In this document: positions 9,075 to 19,122 of the stretch, one piece after another | Layout: each line of letters opens with the position of its first letter | Numbering within the stretch: the first letter of the stretch is position 1 | Assembly (NCBI GenBank): GCA_002499015.1 | Contig: DAJY01000098.1 | Location: 4,045-68,044 of the forward strand | Length of the DNA: 64,000 nucleotides | Reading direction: 5' to 3' | Origin: Euryarchaeota archaeon UBA242 | GTDB lineage: Archaea > Thermoplasmatota > Poseidoniia > Poseidoniales > Poseidoniaceae | Translations under genes and position numbers: made by a program | Notes under the pieces: generated by a model | Databases searched by the model: none | Told to the model about the DNA's origin: nothing | Seen by the model: only the letters and a program-made list of their open reading frames with translations

Positions 9075-10514
9075 TTATCCCACCAACGCCTCGCTAATAC
9101 GCATTATTGGGCCACCATCTCCAACCGGAACAGTTTGCCCTTTGCCACAGAAACCAGGTGCTGCTAACTTTGCATCCCTAGTTAATCCGTTTACATTTTG
9201 TAAAATCTCTAATGTTAATCCACTAACGCTAACATCTTTCAAAGGTGTTGTCAGTTCACCGTTTTCGATTAGCCACGCTTCCTGTGCTGCGAATTGGAAT
9301 GAACCTTTACCAGTATCAACCTGACCGCCACGAGAACCACAGGCATAGATTCCATAATCAATATCTTCCATTAAATCATCAATGGTATCGTGATTACCAC
9401 CCATTATCATGGTATTTGACATTCTGACAAGTGGGTGATGCAGGCCATCTTGGGCACGAGCACCTCCATTTGGTTGTATACCGAAATGTGCCGCTGTCTC
9501 CCTATGGTTGAGATATTCGGTTAGAACGCCATTGGTAATCAATCTCTTGGCCCTAGTATTTACTCCCTCATCGTCTATTGGATAAGCGCCGTATCCACCT
9601 CTCATAGTTGGGTCATCTACAACTGTAACAATATCTGACCCAATCTTCTGACCCAATTTACCATCCAGACAGGAGTCTCCTGCTGCGACTAAATCTGCTT
9701 CGCATGGGTGGCCAAGTGCCTCGTGAATGTATACGCCAGTAAGATCACGGTCTGCAATTAGTGGCATTTTTCCTGAAGGTGCACGTTTTGCTTTCAACAA
9801 TCTTAGTGCTGCAACCATTGCATCGTTACCGAGTTGACCTAAGTCACAAGATTCGATTAATTCTAGGCCTCCTTCGCCTCCATATCTTGTTCTATAGGAA
9901 ACTACTTCGCTATCATCTCTTGCAGTAACCATACCTCTTACCAATGAACGTTGGAAAGACCAAACCCTATCCATGCCCTCACTAGTCAATAGTTCGGTGT
10001 GGATATGTTCATCGGACCACCCACAAGTGGTTGAAACTACTTTCTCGTGATCACTTGCACTATCAGCGATATTCTTCAACATATCTATTTTAGTTGAAAG
10101 ATCAGTATTTCTGATATCCTTTTTTGGCCGCCAGTGAATCTCATCTTGGAAAATTGGTATTTCGGCCAACTGTACTGGTTTGTCAGAACTTGACCTGCGC
10201 TTTGCAACCGCCTTTGCCAATCGAACAGTAGATTCAATTTGCTCAGGTAATGATGCTATGTCAGTAGTTGAATGAACTCCCCATGCACCATCTGCAAGAA
10301 TTCTGAGAGTTACGCCTACTTCTTGACCTGGAATCGCATTTTCCAAAATTCCATCTCTTAGATTTACACTTGAACCAGTCTCTGCAACCAATCTTACTTC
10401 TGCATAACTTGCACCGAAATCAACAGCCTGTTGTAGAGCATTACCAATCTTTCTTTGGTCTAAATAACGGCCTGTAGTAATTTCGGAGTTTGATGGACTA
10501 GAACTAATCACCAT
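9075..10514 (-). CDS. tldD: TldD metalloprotease
   Basis: HEALGHPCEAD, DDEGV, RMSNT and C-terminal CGKGQTVPVGDGGP. Confidence 0.92.
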   Translation of the reverse strand: MVISSSPSNSEITTGRYLDQRKIGNALQQAVDFGASYAEVRLVAETGSSVNLRDGILENAIPGQEVGVTLRILADGAWGVHSTTDIASLPEQIESTVRLAKAVAKRRSSSDKPVQLAEIPIFQDEIHWRPKKDIRNTDLSTKIDMLKNIADSASDHEKVVSTTCGWSDEHIHTELLTSEGMDRVWSFQRSLVRGMVTARDDSEVVSYRTRYGGEGGLELIESCDLGQLGNDAMVAALRLLKAKRAPSGKMPLIADRDLTGVYIHEALGHPCEADLVAAGDSCLDGKLGQKIGSDIVTVVDDPTMRGGYGAYPIDDEGVNTRAKRLITNGVLTEYLNHRETAAHFGIQPNGGARAQDGLHHPLVRMSNTMIMGGNHDTIDDLMEDIDYGIYACGSRGGQVDTGKGSFQFAAQEAWLIENGELTTPLKDVSVSGLTLEILQNVNGLTRDAKLAAPGFCGKGQTVPVGDGGPIMRISEALVG

Positions 10515-10588
10515 AGACTTAGGTAAGGGCCCGCAGTGCTTGAACTCTCTTATTGAAAGATTAGAACTTATTTATCCAGAAATGACGA

Positions 10589-11155
10589 TTATGCTGAAAA
10601 ATCAGCGGATAAAATATGCCCCACTAATCCTTGCTGAAGATTGTCCAGAGGAATCCCTTCGGTCATCAATCCTAATTTTTTGGCCCCCGCAGGAGAGAAT
10701 GTTGGCACCTCATCGGCATATTGTAATCCAAGATTTGAAAGTAATTTACGGCAATCGGATTCAAATTGACTATCAATGACCTCATCACAACCTGAGGGCT
10801 GCAAGCCTGCAACCCCCTGTTGTGTCAATATCGGTTTTGGTAAATATAAAATCCACCCTGATGTAACTCCATCTTGAATGCCAGCCCTAGAAAATGCCTC
10901 ACTAACGTGATGCGTCCCCGCAAGATATCGCAAGAATTCTGCATCCCTCCCTCTGGCGAGTTGATTGCCATTAGCAAAATTCCTTTCACAACAATTCCAA
11001 GCTGTCCAAAGTTGCTGCTCAAATTGAACTGCATGTTGAGCTACCAACATCCATCTTTCATCAAATCTGTTTTCAAGGAACTTACCAATCAAGTGTTTTG
11101 AAGTAACTGGTTTGTCACTTCGCCATGCAACGCAAGGAAACTTAGGCATTGTCAT
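10589..11155 (-). CDS. cgi121: KEOPS complex subunit Cgi121-like protein
   Basis: RNFANGNQLARGRDAEFLRYLAGTHHVSEAFSRAGI resembles the Cgi121 core. Lies next to hel308. Confidence 0.72.
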   Translation of the reverse strand: MTMPKFPCVAWRSDKPVTSKHLIGKFLENRFDERWMLVAQHAVQFEQQLWTAWNCCERNFANGNQLARGRDAEFLRYLAGTHHVSEAFSRAGIQDGVTSGWILYLPKPILTQQGVAGLQPSGCDEVIDSQFESDCRKLLSNLGLQYADEVPTFSPAGAKKLGLMTEGIPLDNLQQGLVGHILSADFSA

Positions 11156-11194
11156 CGTTACGAGGCAGGAGCGCTTCTATTTTCAATCAACCGC

Positions 11195-13810
11195 TTAATT
11201 CTCCCCATCTAGTGGGATATCGTCATCTCGTAATTGTTCAGACTCGAGAAACTTTAAGTTGCCTTTATCAGCATTTTCACGTTTGATGTATTTACCGACT
11301 TCAATAAGCAAATTATCAACGATTTTTGGCCCCCAGCCGCGTTTACTAGACAGGGTTGAAATCTCTTTATGATTCATAGCTGCCAAACTTTTGACGCTTC
11401 TATAGCCCAACGCTGCGAGTTCTCTAGCTCTTCTCCTACCAATTGAACGGAGATTTACCAATTGCAGTAGATCCTTCTTACAACCGTGTCTAACTCTTTG
11501 TTTGATGATATCAATTTGAGTGGATAATTTTGCGATGTGCTCCATATGTTCTTCAGAAAAAACATCATCTGCCATTAGAATTGCTTGCGCACCTGACATT
11601 AGCCAACTGATGATATCAACTCGATAATTTACATCACCTGGGGTAACTTCTAATGTTGCTTCGATTTCTCTTAGCGTATTCTCATCCATCCACATTTCCA
11701 GCATCCATGAAGATTTTACATAACCGAGTAATCTCTCTTCATATGATGAATCGTGCAATAATTCATCTTCAACAGAATTTGTTTTGACCCATAGCGGTGA
11801 ACCCGGGGCCATATCCTTTGACTTAGCCCATAGTGAAGAAAAATCTGGAGTTGCGGTTGCAAGATGCAATAAACCAAAATCAGTAACAGGGGCATTATCT
11901 CTTACTAAACGACGTATTGCTCTCCTCAAGCCATGCCTTAGAATAGATGCTGAGAGTGGGTCCAAATAGAATTGAGTGACTCGTTCCCCCATTATCGTCG
12001 CTTCATATTTCATCGCTAAATCATCAGTGGATTTTTCTGCTTTCCATCCACCCACACTTCTTAGATCTGCAGCATTAGAAAAACCAAGAGTTGCACCAGT
12101 GTGTGCTGAACTCCGATTCATATACGATTGTTCAGAATAACTTTCTGTTTCAAATTTGAATTCAACACCTCCTGTTGAATCTGCTATTTTTGCCCACGCC
12201 GGCATATCTGTTTCTGAATCAGAACTCTCATCGGCTTGTTGCTTGCTATCATGGCTCAGCGAGAAATGTTCATCAATTCCATCCTTTCTTATAAATCGCT
12301 CATCTATAAGCCATTTTAACATCTTATCAAGGCGTTCTTCAAGCACCCCTGATGAGATACAATGACCTAAGAAAGTAGCCTTGAAAAAATCAAAAATTGA
12401 CGAACGATGTTGCATTCCACCCGATGTTATCATCGACAATAAATGCATCCTCATCGCCGGTTCACTGGCTAGTTTAGAAGTAATATCTTCAATCGGACCA
12501 AAGAAGTATTTATCACTGACTTCATCTGCTAATTCCCAACCATCTGTCCCTTTACAGAGAATCCATGCTTCTCCAAAATCATCGTATCTTGGCCTTCCAG
12601 CACGTCCTAGCATTTGCCGCATTTCCATTACCGGAAGAGGCCTGCTCATTCCATCATCCCAGCGTTTTATATCTCTAACAAGTACCCTTCTCGCAGGTAA
12701 ATTCACTCCTGCTGCAAGAGTCGGTGTCGCTGTCAAGGCAACTAACAATCCTTGCTTGAATGCTGACTCAACTTCTTTTCTTTGATTATGTGTTAACCCA
12801 GCATGATGAAACGCAACACCCCCTGAGATTGATTCACATAGCGACTCACCCATTGTAGATTGGGCATTCCTTGATAGTTTCGCGGCTAATTCTTGCAATT
12901 TAGCCAGGCGTTCTGGATCTTGTTTGGCCAGAACTTTTTTGACCCTCTTCGCAAGAGAGTGAGCTTCAGATTGGGCAGAACGACGAGTTCCGACGAAAAC
13001 GAGTAATTGTCCATCTTGAGCAAGTGAATCAATTACGATCGCTCCGGCTGGATGTGACTTTGGACCTTCGAGATCTCTGGGCGGATTCAATTTTGCTATC
13101 TCTTCACCAATTTGCGATGATTGGACCATTCTAGGTTCTATGTGTAAATCGTGAAAAGTAGAGTACTCGAGTGCTACTGGCCTCCAATCAGATTGTACTA
13201 ATGTGGCATCTAACCATTCTGCCAACTCCTTACAATTACCAACGGTTGCGGAGAGAGCGATCAATTGTGACTCCGGCCTTAGATACCTAAGCCTAGTCAA
13301 ATTTATTTCTAAGGTTGGACCTCTAGATGAATCGTTCATAAGATGGAACTCATCGGCGATTACAATAGAAACATTTGCAACGACATCTGAATTTGAACGC
13401 ATGATTGAATCCAGTTTTTCCGATGTGCAGACTAGAATATCACATGTATCTGTGTTTGCAACTTCACGTACCGAATCACCGATTCCAAGACCGATTTTTA
13501 AACCGAGATGGTCACCCAGCTCCTTTAATTCTTCGTATTTCTCGCTGGCTAGTGCCTTCAATGGTACAATATATACTGCTTTTGAACCGATATCATCAAC
13601 TAACAATTTCCGTAAAATCGCAATGTAAGCAACTAGAGACTTACCACTTGCAGTTGGTATTGCCAATAATATATTAGATCCTGAAAGCACTGCAGGCATA
13701 GCCTCTGATTGTGGCGGATGTAATTTCTTAATCCCCCATACATCAGTAAAAAACTTCTTTGCATTATCGGGCAAATCTAAAGACATCACCTCACTATGTT
13801 GCGCCGACAT
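11195..13810 (-). CDS. hel308: Ski2-like ATP-dependent DNA helicase Hel308/Hjm
   Basis: PTASGKS, DEFH, LSAT, AFHHAGL, TLAAGVNLPA and QMLGRAGRP motifs, plus a C-terminal HhH (IGRRRAREL). Confidence 0.92.
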   Translation of the reverse strand: MSAQHSEVMSLDLPDNAKKFFTDVWGIKKLHPPQSEAMPAVLSGSNILLAIPTASGKSLVAYIAILRKLLVDDIGSKAVYIVPLKALASEKYEELKELGDHLGLKIGLGIGDSVREVANTDTCDILVCTSEKLDSIMRSNSDVVANVSIVIADEFHLMNDSSRGPTLEINLTRLRYLRPESQLIALSATVGNCKELAEWLDATLVQSDWRPVALEYSTFHDLHIEPRMVQSSQIGEEIAKLNPPRDLEGPKSHPAGAIVIDSLAQDGQLLVFVGTRRSAQSEAHSLAKRVKKVLAKQDPERLAKLQELAAKLSRNAQSTMGESLCESISGGVAFHHAGLTHNQRKEVESAFKQGLLVALTATPTLAAGVNLPARRVLVRDIKRWDDGMSRPLPVMEMRQMLGRAGRPRYDDFGEAWILCKGTDGWELADEVSDKYFFGPIEDITSKLASEPAMRMHLLSMITSGGMQHRSSIFDFFKATFLGHCISSGVLEERLDKMLKWLIDERFIRKDGIDEHFSLSHDSKQQADESSDSETDMPAWAKIADSTGGVEFKFETESYSEQSYMNRSSAHTGATLGFSNAADLRSVGGWKAEKSTDDLAMKYEATIMGERVTQFYLDPLSASILRHGLRRAIRRLVRDNAPVTDFGLLHLATATPDFSSLWAKSKDMAPGSPLWVKTNSVEDELLHDSSYEERLLGYVKSSWMLEMWMDENTLREIEATLEVTPGDVNYRVDIISWLMSGAQAILMADDVFSEEHMEHIAKLSTQIDIIKQRVRHGCKKDLLQLVNLRSIGRRRARELAALGYRSVKSLAAMNHKEISTLSSKRGWGPKIVDNLLIEVGKYIKRENADKGNLKFLESEQLRDDDIPLDGEN

Positions 13811-13963
13811 AAAGTCACATACTCGCCAACAGTCCAAAAGGAGCGCGCCTATTCATTTTGCTATAAATTTAATAATTCGCCATCAATAATCTTGGAAGTT
13901 TTGATGAAAACTCTCCCATCACATGCGGTATCCCTAATACCCACCGCTAACGGTGCCTATTTC

Positions 13964-14572
13964 ATGAGAGATGATGTTGAGTCGATTGTGGAAGAGCGTC
14001 TTTCAGTATTTGATGACGAACCTGACTTGAACGATTGGTTCGAAGTAATGTGCGGTGCAGCGATGGCCGTGCTAGGAATTTTCCATTTGATTAGCCCCGG
14101 AAATCTGGTTGATCCTGACGTTATGCGCTGGTTTGCAGCGGCCGTCGTTGCCGCCGGTGCTGTTTGGGCTGGTCATGGTTTGAAAGATATGGCTGTTAAA
14201 GAAATACGCCGTTCAATCGCAATACTAGAAGTTGCGCCTGCCAGTTCAGGTGTAAACCATGGATTAATTCGTGATGTTCTCCTAAACCCAGATGCATACA
14301 AGGAATTCCTTGTTGAAGCATATAGTTCAGCATGGGAAGATGGAATAATTACCGAAGAAGAATTAGCAGAATTAAAATCATTCCAACAAGCTTTGGGTAT
14401 CACTGATGCCGAAGCAGCAGAAATGAACGTTAAGGCAGCCATTAAATCGGCTGCAAAAGATGGAAAAATCACTAAAAAAGAATCGGAGTCTATCAAGAAG
14501 GCAGCAAAAGAATCGAAACTAGAAGAATCTGATATCGAGAAAGCGATCGATGAAGCACTAGAAAAGAAGTGA
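13964..14572 (+). CDS. Hypothetical membrane protein (2 TM plus helical C-terminus with D-G-x-I-T-x-x-E repeats, TerB-like)
   Basis: Two hydrophobic helices, then AWEDGIITEEE and AAKDGKITKKE. Start is uncertain. Confidence 0.6.
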   Translation: MRDDVESIVEERLSVFDDEPDLNDWFEVMCGAAMAVLGIFHLISPGNLVDPDVMRWFAAAVVAAGAVWAGHGLKDMAVKEIRRSIAILEVAPASSGVNHGLIRDVLLNPDAYKEFLVEAYSSAWEDGIITEEELAELKSFQQALGITDAEAAEMNVKAAIKSAAKDGKITKKESESIKKAAKESKLEESDIEKAIDEALEKK

Positions 14573-14576
14573 TTCA

Positions 14577-16616
14577 TCAATTCCATTTGGATTGCGTAAA
14601 TATTGTTTCCGCTAGTTCGATTGCACCCTTGTACCTCACATACTCAATTCGTGTTGCTACTAGGCATAAGACAAAACCAAGTACTGCAATTAATACCGAA
14701 TTGTCCATCAATCCACCTGCATTCCGTACCAATTTAGCATCCGGAATATCTGCGAGGTCAAATCCTTGTGATTCTGTGAATCTAACATCCAACAAATCCA
14801 ATTCACAATCACATAATGTGACAGAAATTCTTTCTGGGAATAATGCAGACTGTAATTTGGACCACTCGCCTTGTGAAATAAATGAGGGTCTAGTACCCCA
14901 AGCAGGTACTGAAACCGCCCCGGTTGAACTCGTTCCAACCATGTCAACTTCAAGATGGAAGATGGATGACGATGGTTCCTCGTCAACCACCATCAATGCT
15001 TCCAAAATTAGAAGGTCCAATAATAACGAACGCCCAGCGAGTAGGATGAATTTCACAGTCTGTTGTTCTAGCATTCCTTGATCGGTGGTTTGTGCACCAC
15101 CTTCTGCGACTTGCGAAAATATGGCCTTATCTATTCTGAATGACTGTAATTCGGGAATCAATAATTGGTATCTTCCATCGGGTAGTGGATATGCTTTTTC
15201 AACATTTAATCTCAGTTTGAACGTCTCACCATCTAACATACCCCAAGTAGAACCAGTATGCTCAACCAAGGTTTGCTGTGGAACTCCAGGATAAGATACA
15301 TCCCATAATTGTTGTAATCTCATATCTATCATTTCATCAAATGAAATTTCATCTTCGAGTTGAACCTCGTCTGCTAATGCCCATATTGGACTAATTATAC
15401 CACCAAAAAGCAGGAGTATAACACCGGGTGTAAAGAGTCCGAAACGAACTGTTGCTGATGTTGTTAAGCGTAGTGCTCCGAAGCCAAAACCGAGAAAAGA
15501 TAGAATGCTTAGCATCAATAACGGGCTACTAGTTCTTTGCAGATTTATTGCCGTTACAGAGTCATCGATTATTGCAGAACCTGCAGGGAAATAGGACTCA
15601 CTTTCAAAACCATTAGGATCTATTGGCCCCATTCCTTCGAATCCTAATAATCCAGCCCAAGAATATGATTGAAATGCGCCTGCCTTACCACCGAAGCATA
15701 GATTGTATTGACCTACTGGTAATGCCCTCCAGCGATATGAAATTCTAGTTTCCTCCTCATCCTCTTCAAATATTATTTCTGGTTGTCCAGATAGCCTCCC
15801 ATTTGGTGTTATTAAATCTGGTAAACCATGAGACTGTTCAATTTCAATTGGCACTGGTTGCCAAATAATAATCACTTTCAACAATTCATGTTCTTCGATT
15901 TCAAATGTCCAACAATCTCTATCATTTTCAACCAATGCACCATAATGCACAGTTTCAAATTCATCTTCTATTGGATTAGAATCACTTGATGGCTCATCAC
16001 TATTTGCTTCTTCGATATTTTGTGACCATGGAATTGTCAATTCTAACAATGAATTACCCCAAAGATGTAGTTCCCAGGTACTTGGCCTATCGATTGTAAA
16101 TGTCAGTCTTAAGCGCACATTTTGCCCTGCCCACAGCAACCTTTCATTTTGTAAATCAAGTACTTCATCATTTATTCTATAGGGTTCATTAGCGGTTTGA
16201 GAAGGAATGTTCTGAGCAGGAAAATTCCAATCCGTGACACTATTTCCGATGATTAAAGAGACATCTAATTCTGGTCGAGTCCAACCTGTTAGATCTTCTC
16301 TCAAACGTAAATCAATTACCATTTCATCCAAAATATCTGGCAGTAATGCTAATTCTATTTGTCTCGGTTCCATTTCAAATTCCAAAGTTACTTTCTTTGA
16401 TTGTCCTGGAGTTGTCACCACATCTTGAGATATCATTTCTTCACCTGTTGCTGCAGTAGATGATAATGAACAATTCTCAATATCATCACAGGCTAAAAAC
16501 AAGTTCCCCCCATTTGTACTGTCGGTTAATCCTGCTGAAGAGATTGGAATCATAGATGAAAGCAGAACGCAGAGAAATAATATTGTCAACGAAGTTGACC
16601 TAGACTCCGCTCTCAT
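14577..16616 (-). CDS. Hypothetical secreted/membrane protein
   Basis: 679-aa ORF with a signal peptide, an internal TM pair and a C-terminal TM. Confidence 0.7.
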   Translation of the reverse strand: MRAESRSTSLTILFLCVLLSSMIPISSAGLTDSTNGGNLFLACDDIENCSLSSTAATGEEMISQDVVTTPGQSKKVTLEFEMEPRQIELALLPDILDEMVIDLRLREDLTGWTRPELDVSLIIGNSVTDWNFPAQNIPSQTANEPYRINDEVLDLQNERLLWAGQNVRLRLTFTIDRPSTWELHLWGNSLLELTIPWSQNIEEANSDEPSSDSNPIEDEFETVHYGALVENDRDCWTFEIEEHELLKVIIIWQPVPIEIEQSHGLPDLITPNGRLSGQPEIIFEEDEEETRISYRWRALPVGQYNLCFGGKAGAFQSYSWAGLLGFEGMGPIDPNGFESESYFPAGSAIIDDSVTAINLQRTSSPLLMLSILSFLGFGFGALRLTTSATVRFGLFTPGVILLLFGGIISPIWALADEVQLEDEISFDEMIDMRLQQLWDVSYPGVPQQTLVEHTGSTWGMLDGETFKLRLNVEKAYPLPDGRYQLLIPELQSFRIDKAIFSQVAEGGAQTTDQGMLEQQTVKFILLAGRSLLLDLLILEALMVVDEEPSSSIFHLEVDMVGTSSTGAVSVPAWGTRPSFISQGEWSKLQSALFPERISVTLCDCELDLLDVRFTESQGFDLADIPDAKLVRNAGGLMDNSVLIAVLGFVLCLVATRIEYVRYKGAIELAETIFTQSKWN

Positions 16617-16677
16617 AGTACTTGCTGATAGACTTCTGCTTTGAATTAGCCGATTATTTGCGTAAAAAGTAAACTGC

Positions 16678-17217
16678 TCATTCTGGTTGCACTTTCTTAT
16701 CGATTAATATTGTACAACAATGTCTGCATTTGTATTTTCTATTGCCTCGTTTTTGCCGAGGATATGATTTTTCACAAGTTTTGCAAACCCAAAGCCATTT
16801 CGCATTTGCTAATCTCAATGATTCTGTGAAATTTGGCCCATCTAACTCATTAGTAGTGCCTGGCCATGAATTTTCTAAGGCTCTGAAAATAGAATTATGC
16901 GCTCTCCAGCCAAGTGCGTGAATATATTCATGATGCAAGACAAATGCTGCATATGCTTTCCATTCATCCTTCAATAAAGATGGATGAAGATCTATCACTT
17001 CCACATCAAAAACGGTCAGTTGATTGAGATTGACGCCCCTTTTCCATCTTGTAACCCCATGTCTTTGAGTTGCATTTCTTCTCAACACACCGAGTGGTAT
17101 TTCGGCCAACTTTTCAACATCTTCATTCTGCCATGCTGGCATGTCTTTCATTATGTGTATGACATCATCCCGCAACTGCAACAAAGCAGCATAAGCAATG
17201 CCATTTGCTTTGGCCAA
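16678..17217 (-). CDS. SprT-like zinc metalloprotease
   Basis: LHHEYIHALGWRAHNSIF and C-terminal CKTC...CRHC zinc ribbon. GAGGTG RBS. Confidence 0.8.
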   Translation of the reverse strand: MAKANGIAYAALLQLRDDVIHIMKDMPAWQNEDVEKLAEIPLGVLRRNATQRHGVTRWKRGVNLNQLTVFDVEVIDLHPSLLKDEWKAYAAFVLHHEYIHALGWRAHNSIFRALENSWPGTTNELDGPNFTESLRLANAKWLWVCKTCEKSYPRQKRGNRKYKCRHCCTILIDKKVQPE

Positions 17218-17226
17218 GTCATCACC

Positions 17227-17694
17227 TCAATTCCAACGATGATAAGCAGGATGGCCTTCTTTTACTGCCACGAATAACCCGCTACCTGTAGCACAGACCT
17301 TGCCATTCGCCTCTAACAATAATTCGATTTCAGCCCTGTCATCTTTTAATTCCTTTACCTGACTTGTAATTACCAATTCACAATCTTTTGGCGTAGGGCG
17401 GCGTAAATTTACAGAATATGAAGCTGTTACAGTACATGGAGGCTCTTTCAATCCTTGGGCCTCCATAATGGCAATTGCAGCAGTCCAATTACCATGGCAA
17501 TCTAACAGTGTGCCGATGATTCCACCATTTATCATACCTGGGAATGCCTGATGGTGTTCTTCTGGAGTGAAATTTAGCGTCAATCCGTTGTCAATACGAT
17601 GGCTATCAATCTTCAAACCCTTGTCATTTGCAGGCCCACAGCCAAAGCAAATTGACTTGGCAGCATATTGACGTTGCACTCCGACTCCGCTCAT
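17227..17694 (-). CDS. PaaI family (hotdog-fold) thioesterase
   Basis: CFGCG, HQAFPGMINGGIIGTLLDCH, VTASYSVNLRRPTP. Confidence 0.85.
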   Translation of the reverse strand: MSGVGVQRQYAAKSICFGCGPANDKGLKIDSHRIDNGLTLNFTPEEHHQAFPGMINGGIIGTLLDCHGNWTAAIAIMEAQGLKEPPCTVTASYSVNLRRPTPKDCELVITSQVKELKDDRAEIELLLEANGKVCATGSGLFVAVKEGHPAYHRWN

Positions 17695-17770
17695 GTTGGT
17701 GGCTTATGCTCAAAGTCTATGTTTGCTTTGGTGATTCATCCCGAAGAAGCGTAGTATTGATGGCCAATGA

Positions 17771-19111
17771 ATGAAAGGACTGTTCATGGGTGACAAGGAG
17801 AAGGCCAAGAAGACCAAAGTTCGCGTCGCCTTGGAAATACCCAAAATACGCAGAATGGCCATCGAAGAAGCAATGTCAACCCATGAGCCCGAAGCACATC
17901 CAGAGTGGGATAGAGGGGCTGAATGGAATGATGTACGATTCTACAGAAAGCGCGTTAAACCCGGAACATTAAGAACAATTAAATTACCTCTATTAGAAGT
18001 CCAATTGGGTGAATCTTGGCCAATTCCTGTAACGATATTACATGGCATCCGTCCAGGTCCTACTGTTACTATTCTCGGAGCGATTCATGGCGATGAATTA
18101 ACTGGCCCAAGCGCATGCACTCATCTATTGAGCAATGCTTTTACCGATATTGGTAAGGCACTAGATCCAACACATTTGGCAGGAACTATTCGAATCGTTC
18201 CAGTGGTTAACCTTCCTGGATATCGTGAAAAATCTAGATACTTTCCGGATGGAAGAGATTTGAACCGTCAATTCCCTGGAGATTTTAAAGGAGCCACTAC
18301 AAGAAGGGTTTCTGCTCAAATATCACGCCATTTAATTGAAGGTTCTGATGCGATAATAGACCTACATAGCGCTGCAAAGGGCAGAGATAATATGCCACAA
18401 ATAAGGGCCGACCTAGCCCATGTAGGCTCAAACTTACTTGCAAAGTCTTTCGGTATTGAAATAATTTTGGACTCGAAACCACCAAAAGGTTCTCTACGTA
18501 AACTTGCAAACTCCATGGATATTCCTTCAATTACCTATGAAGCTGGTGGTGCAGATTTATTAGACCATGAATCTGTCAAAGTTGCAATACATGGTGTACT
18601 AAATTCTCTAAGGATTATGAAAATGATTCCGGGCAAGCCAAATAGACCAAAATTCAGAGTTTTAGCTTCCGGTTCGAGTTGGATCCGTGCTGGGGAGGGT
18701 GGATTGCTTGATATGTTTGTTAGTGCAGGGACATTGATGAAAAACGGAGAAGTTATCGCCAGTATTACCGATCCGGCAACACCGGGATTGACCGTTGATG
18801 TCGTCGCACCTGAAGACGGTTTAGTAATTGGCGCAGCAACAAATCCTTTTACCTCAGCAGGAATGCCAGTAGGTCATTTTTTGCCAATCTCTAAACATCT
18901 AAAATTATTAGAACAACAAATAGATGAAAATGGCCGATTCATCACATGTGGATCGCAAGGAGAACCATCTTGGAGAGAAGAATCCGATGTTGATGAATTC
19001 GCACTGGAAGGCGAATGGAGTGATGAAGGTGTTGATTCAGAATGGACTTCTTCAAAAATAGACGATGATGTTGATACCGATGGAATCGGTGATAGTGAAG
19101 AAGATAATTGA
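17771..19111 (+). CDS. Succinylglutamate desuccinylase/aspartoacylase (M14) family protein
   Basis: GAIHGDE, RDLNRQFPG, IDLHS, ITYEAG and a C-terminal barrel-sandwich hybrid domain. Confidence 0.87.
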   Translation: MKGLFMGDKEKAKKTKVRVALEIPKIRRMAIEEAMSTHEPEAHPEWDRGAEWNDVRFYRKRVKPGTLRTIKLPLLEVQLGESWPIPVTILHGIRPGPTVTILGAIHGDELTGPSACTHLLSNAFTDIGKALDPTHLAGTIRIVPVVNLPGYREKSRYFPDGRDLNRQFPGDFKGATTRRVSAQISRHLIEGSDAIIDLHSAAKGRDNMPQIRADLAHVGSNLLAKSFGIEIILDSKPPKGSLRKLANSMDIPSITYEAGGADLLDHESVKVAIHGVLNSLRIMKMIPGKPNRPKFRVLASGSSWIRAGEGGLLDMFVSAGTLMKNGEVIASITDPATPGLTVDVVAPEDGLVIGAATNPFTSAGMPVGHFLPISKHLKLLEQQIDENGRFITCGSQGEPSWREESDVDEFALEGEWSDEGVDSEWTSSKIDDDVDTDGIGDSEEDN

Positions 19112-19122
19112 ATTTATCATCT

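Noticed and set aside
14569..15081. 170-aa + strand ORF and the many similar short antisense ORFs in the track
   Set aside because: They lie antisense to well-supported genes, are Ser/Ile/Pro-rich shadow frames and have no recognisable motifs.
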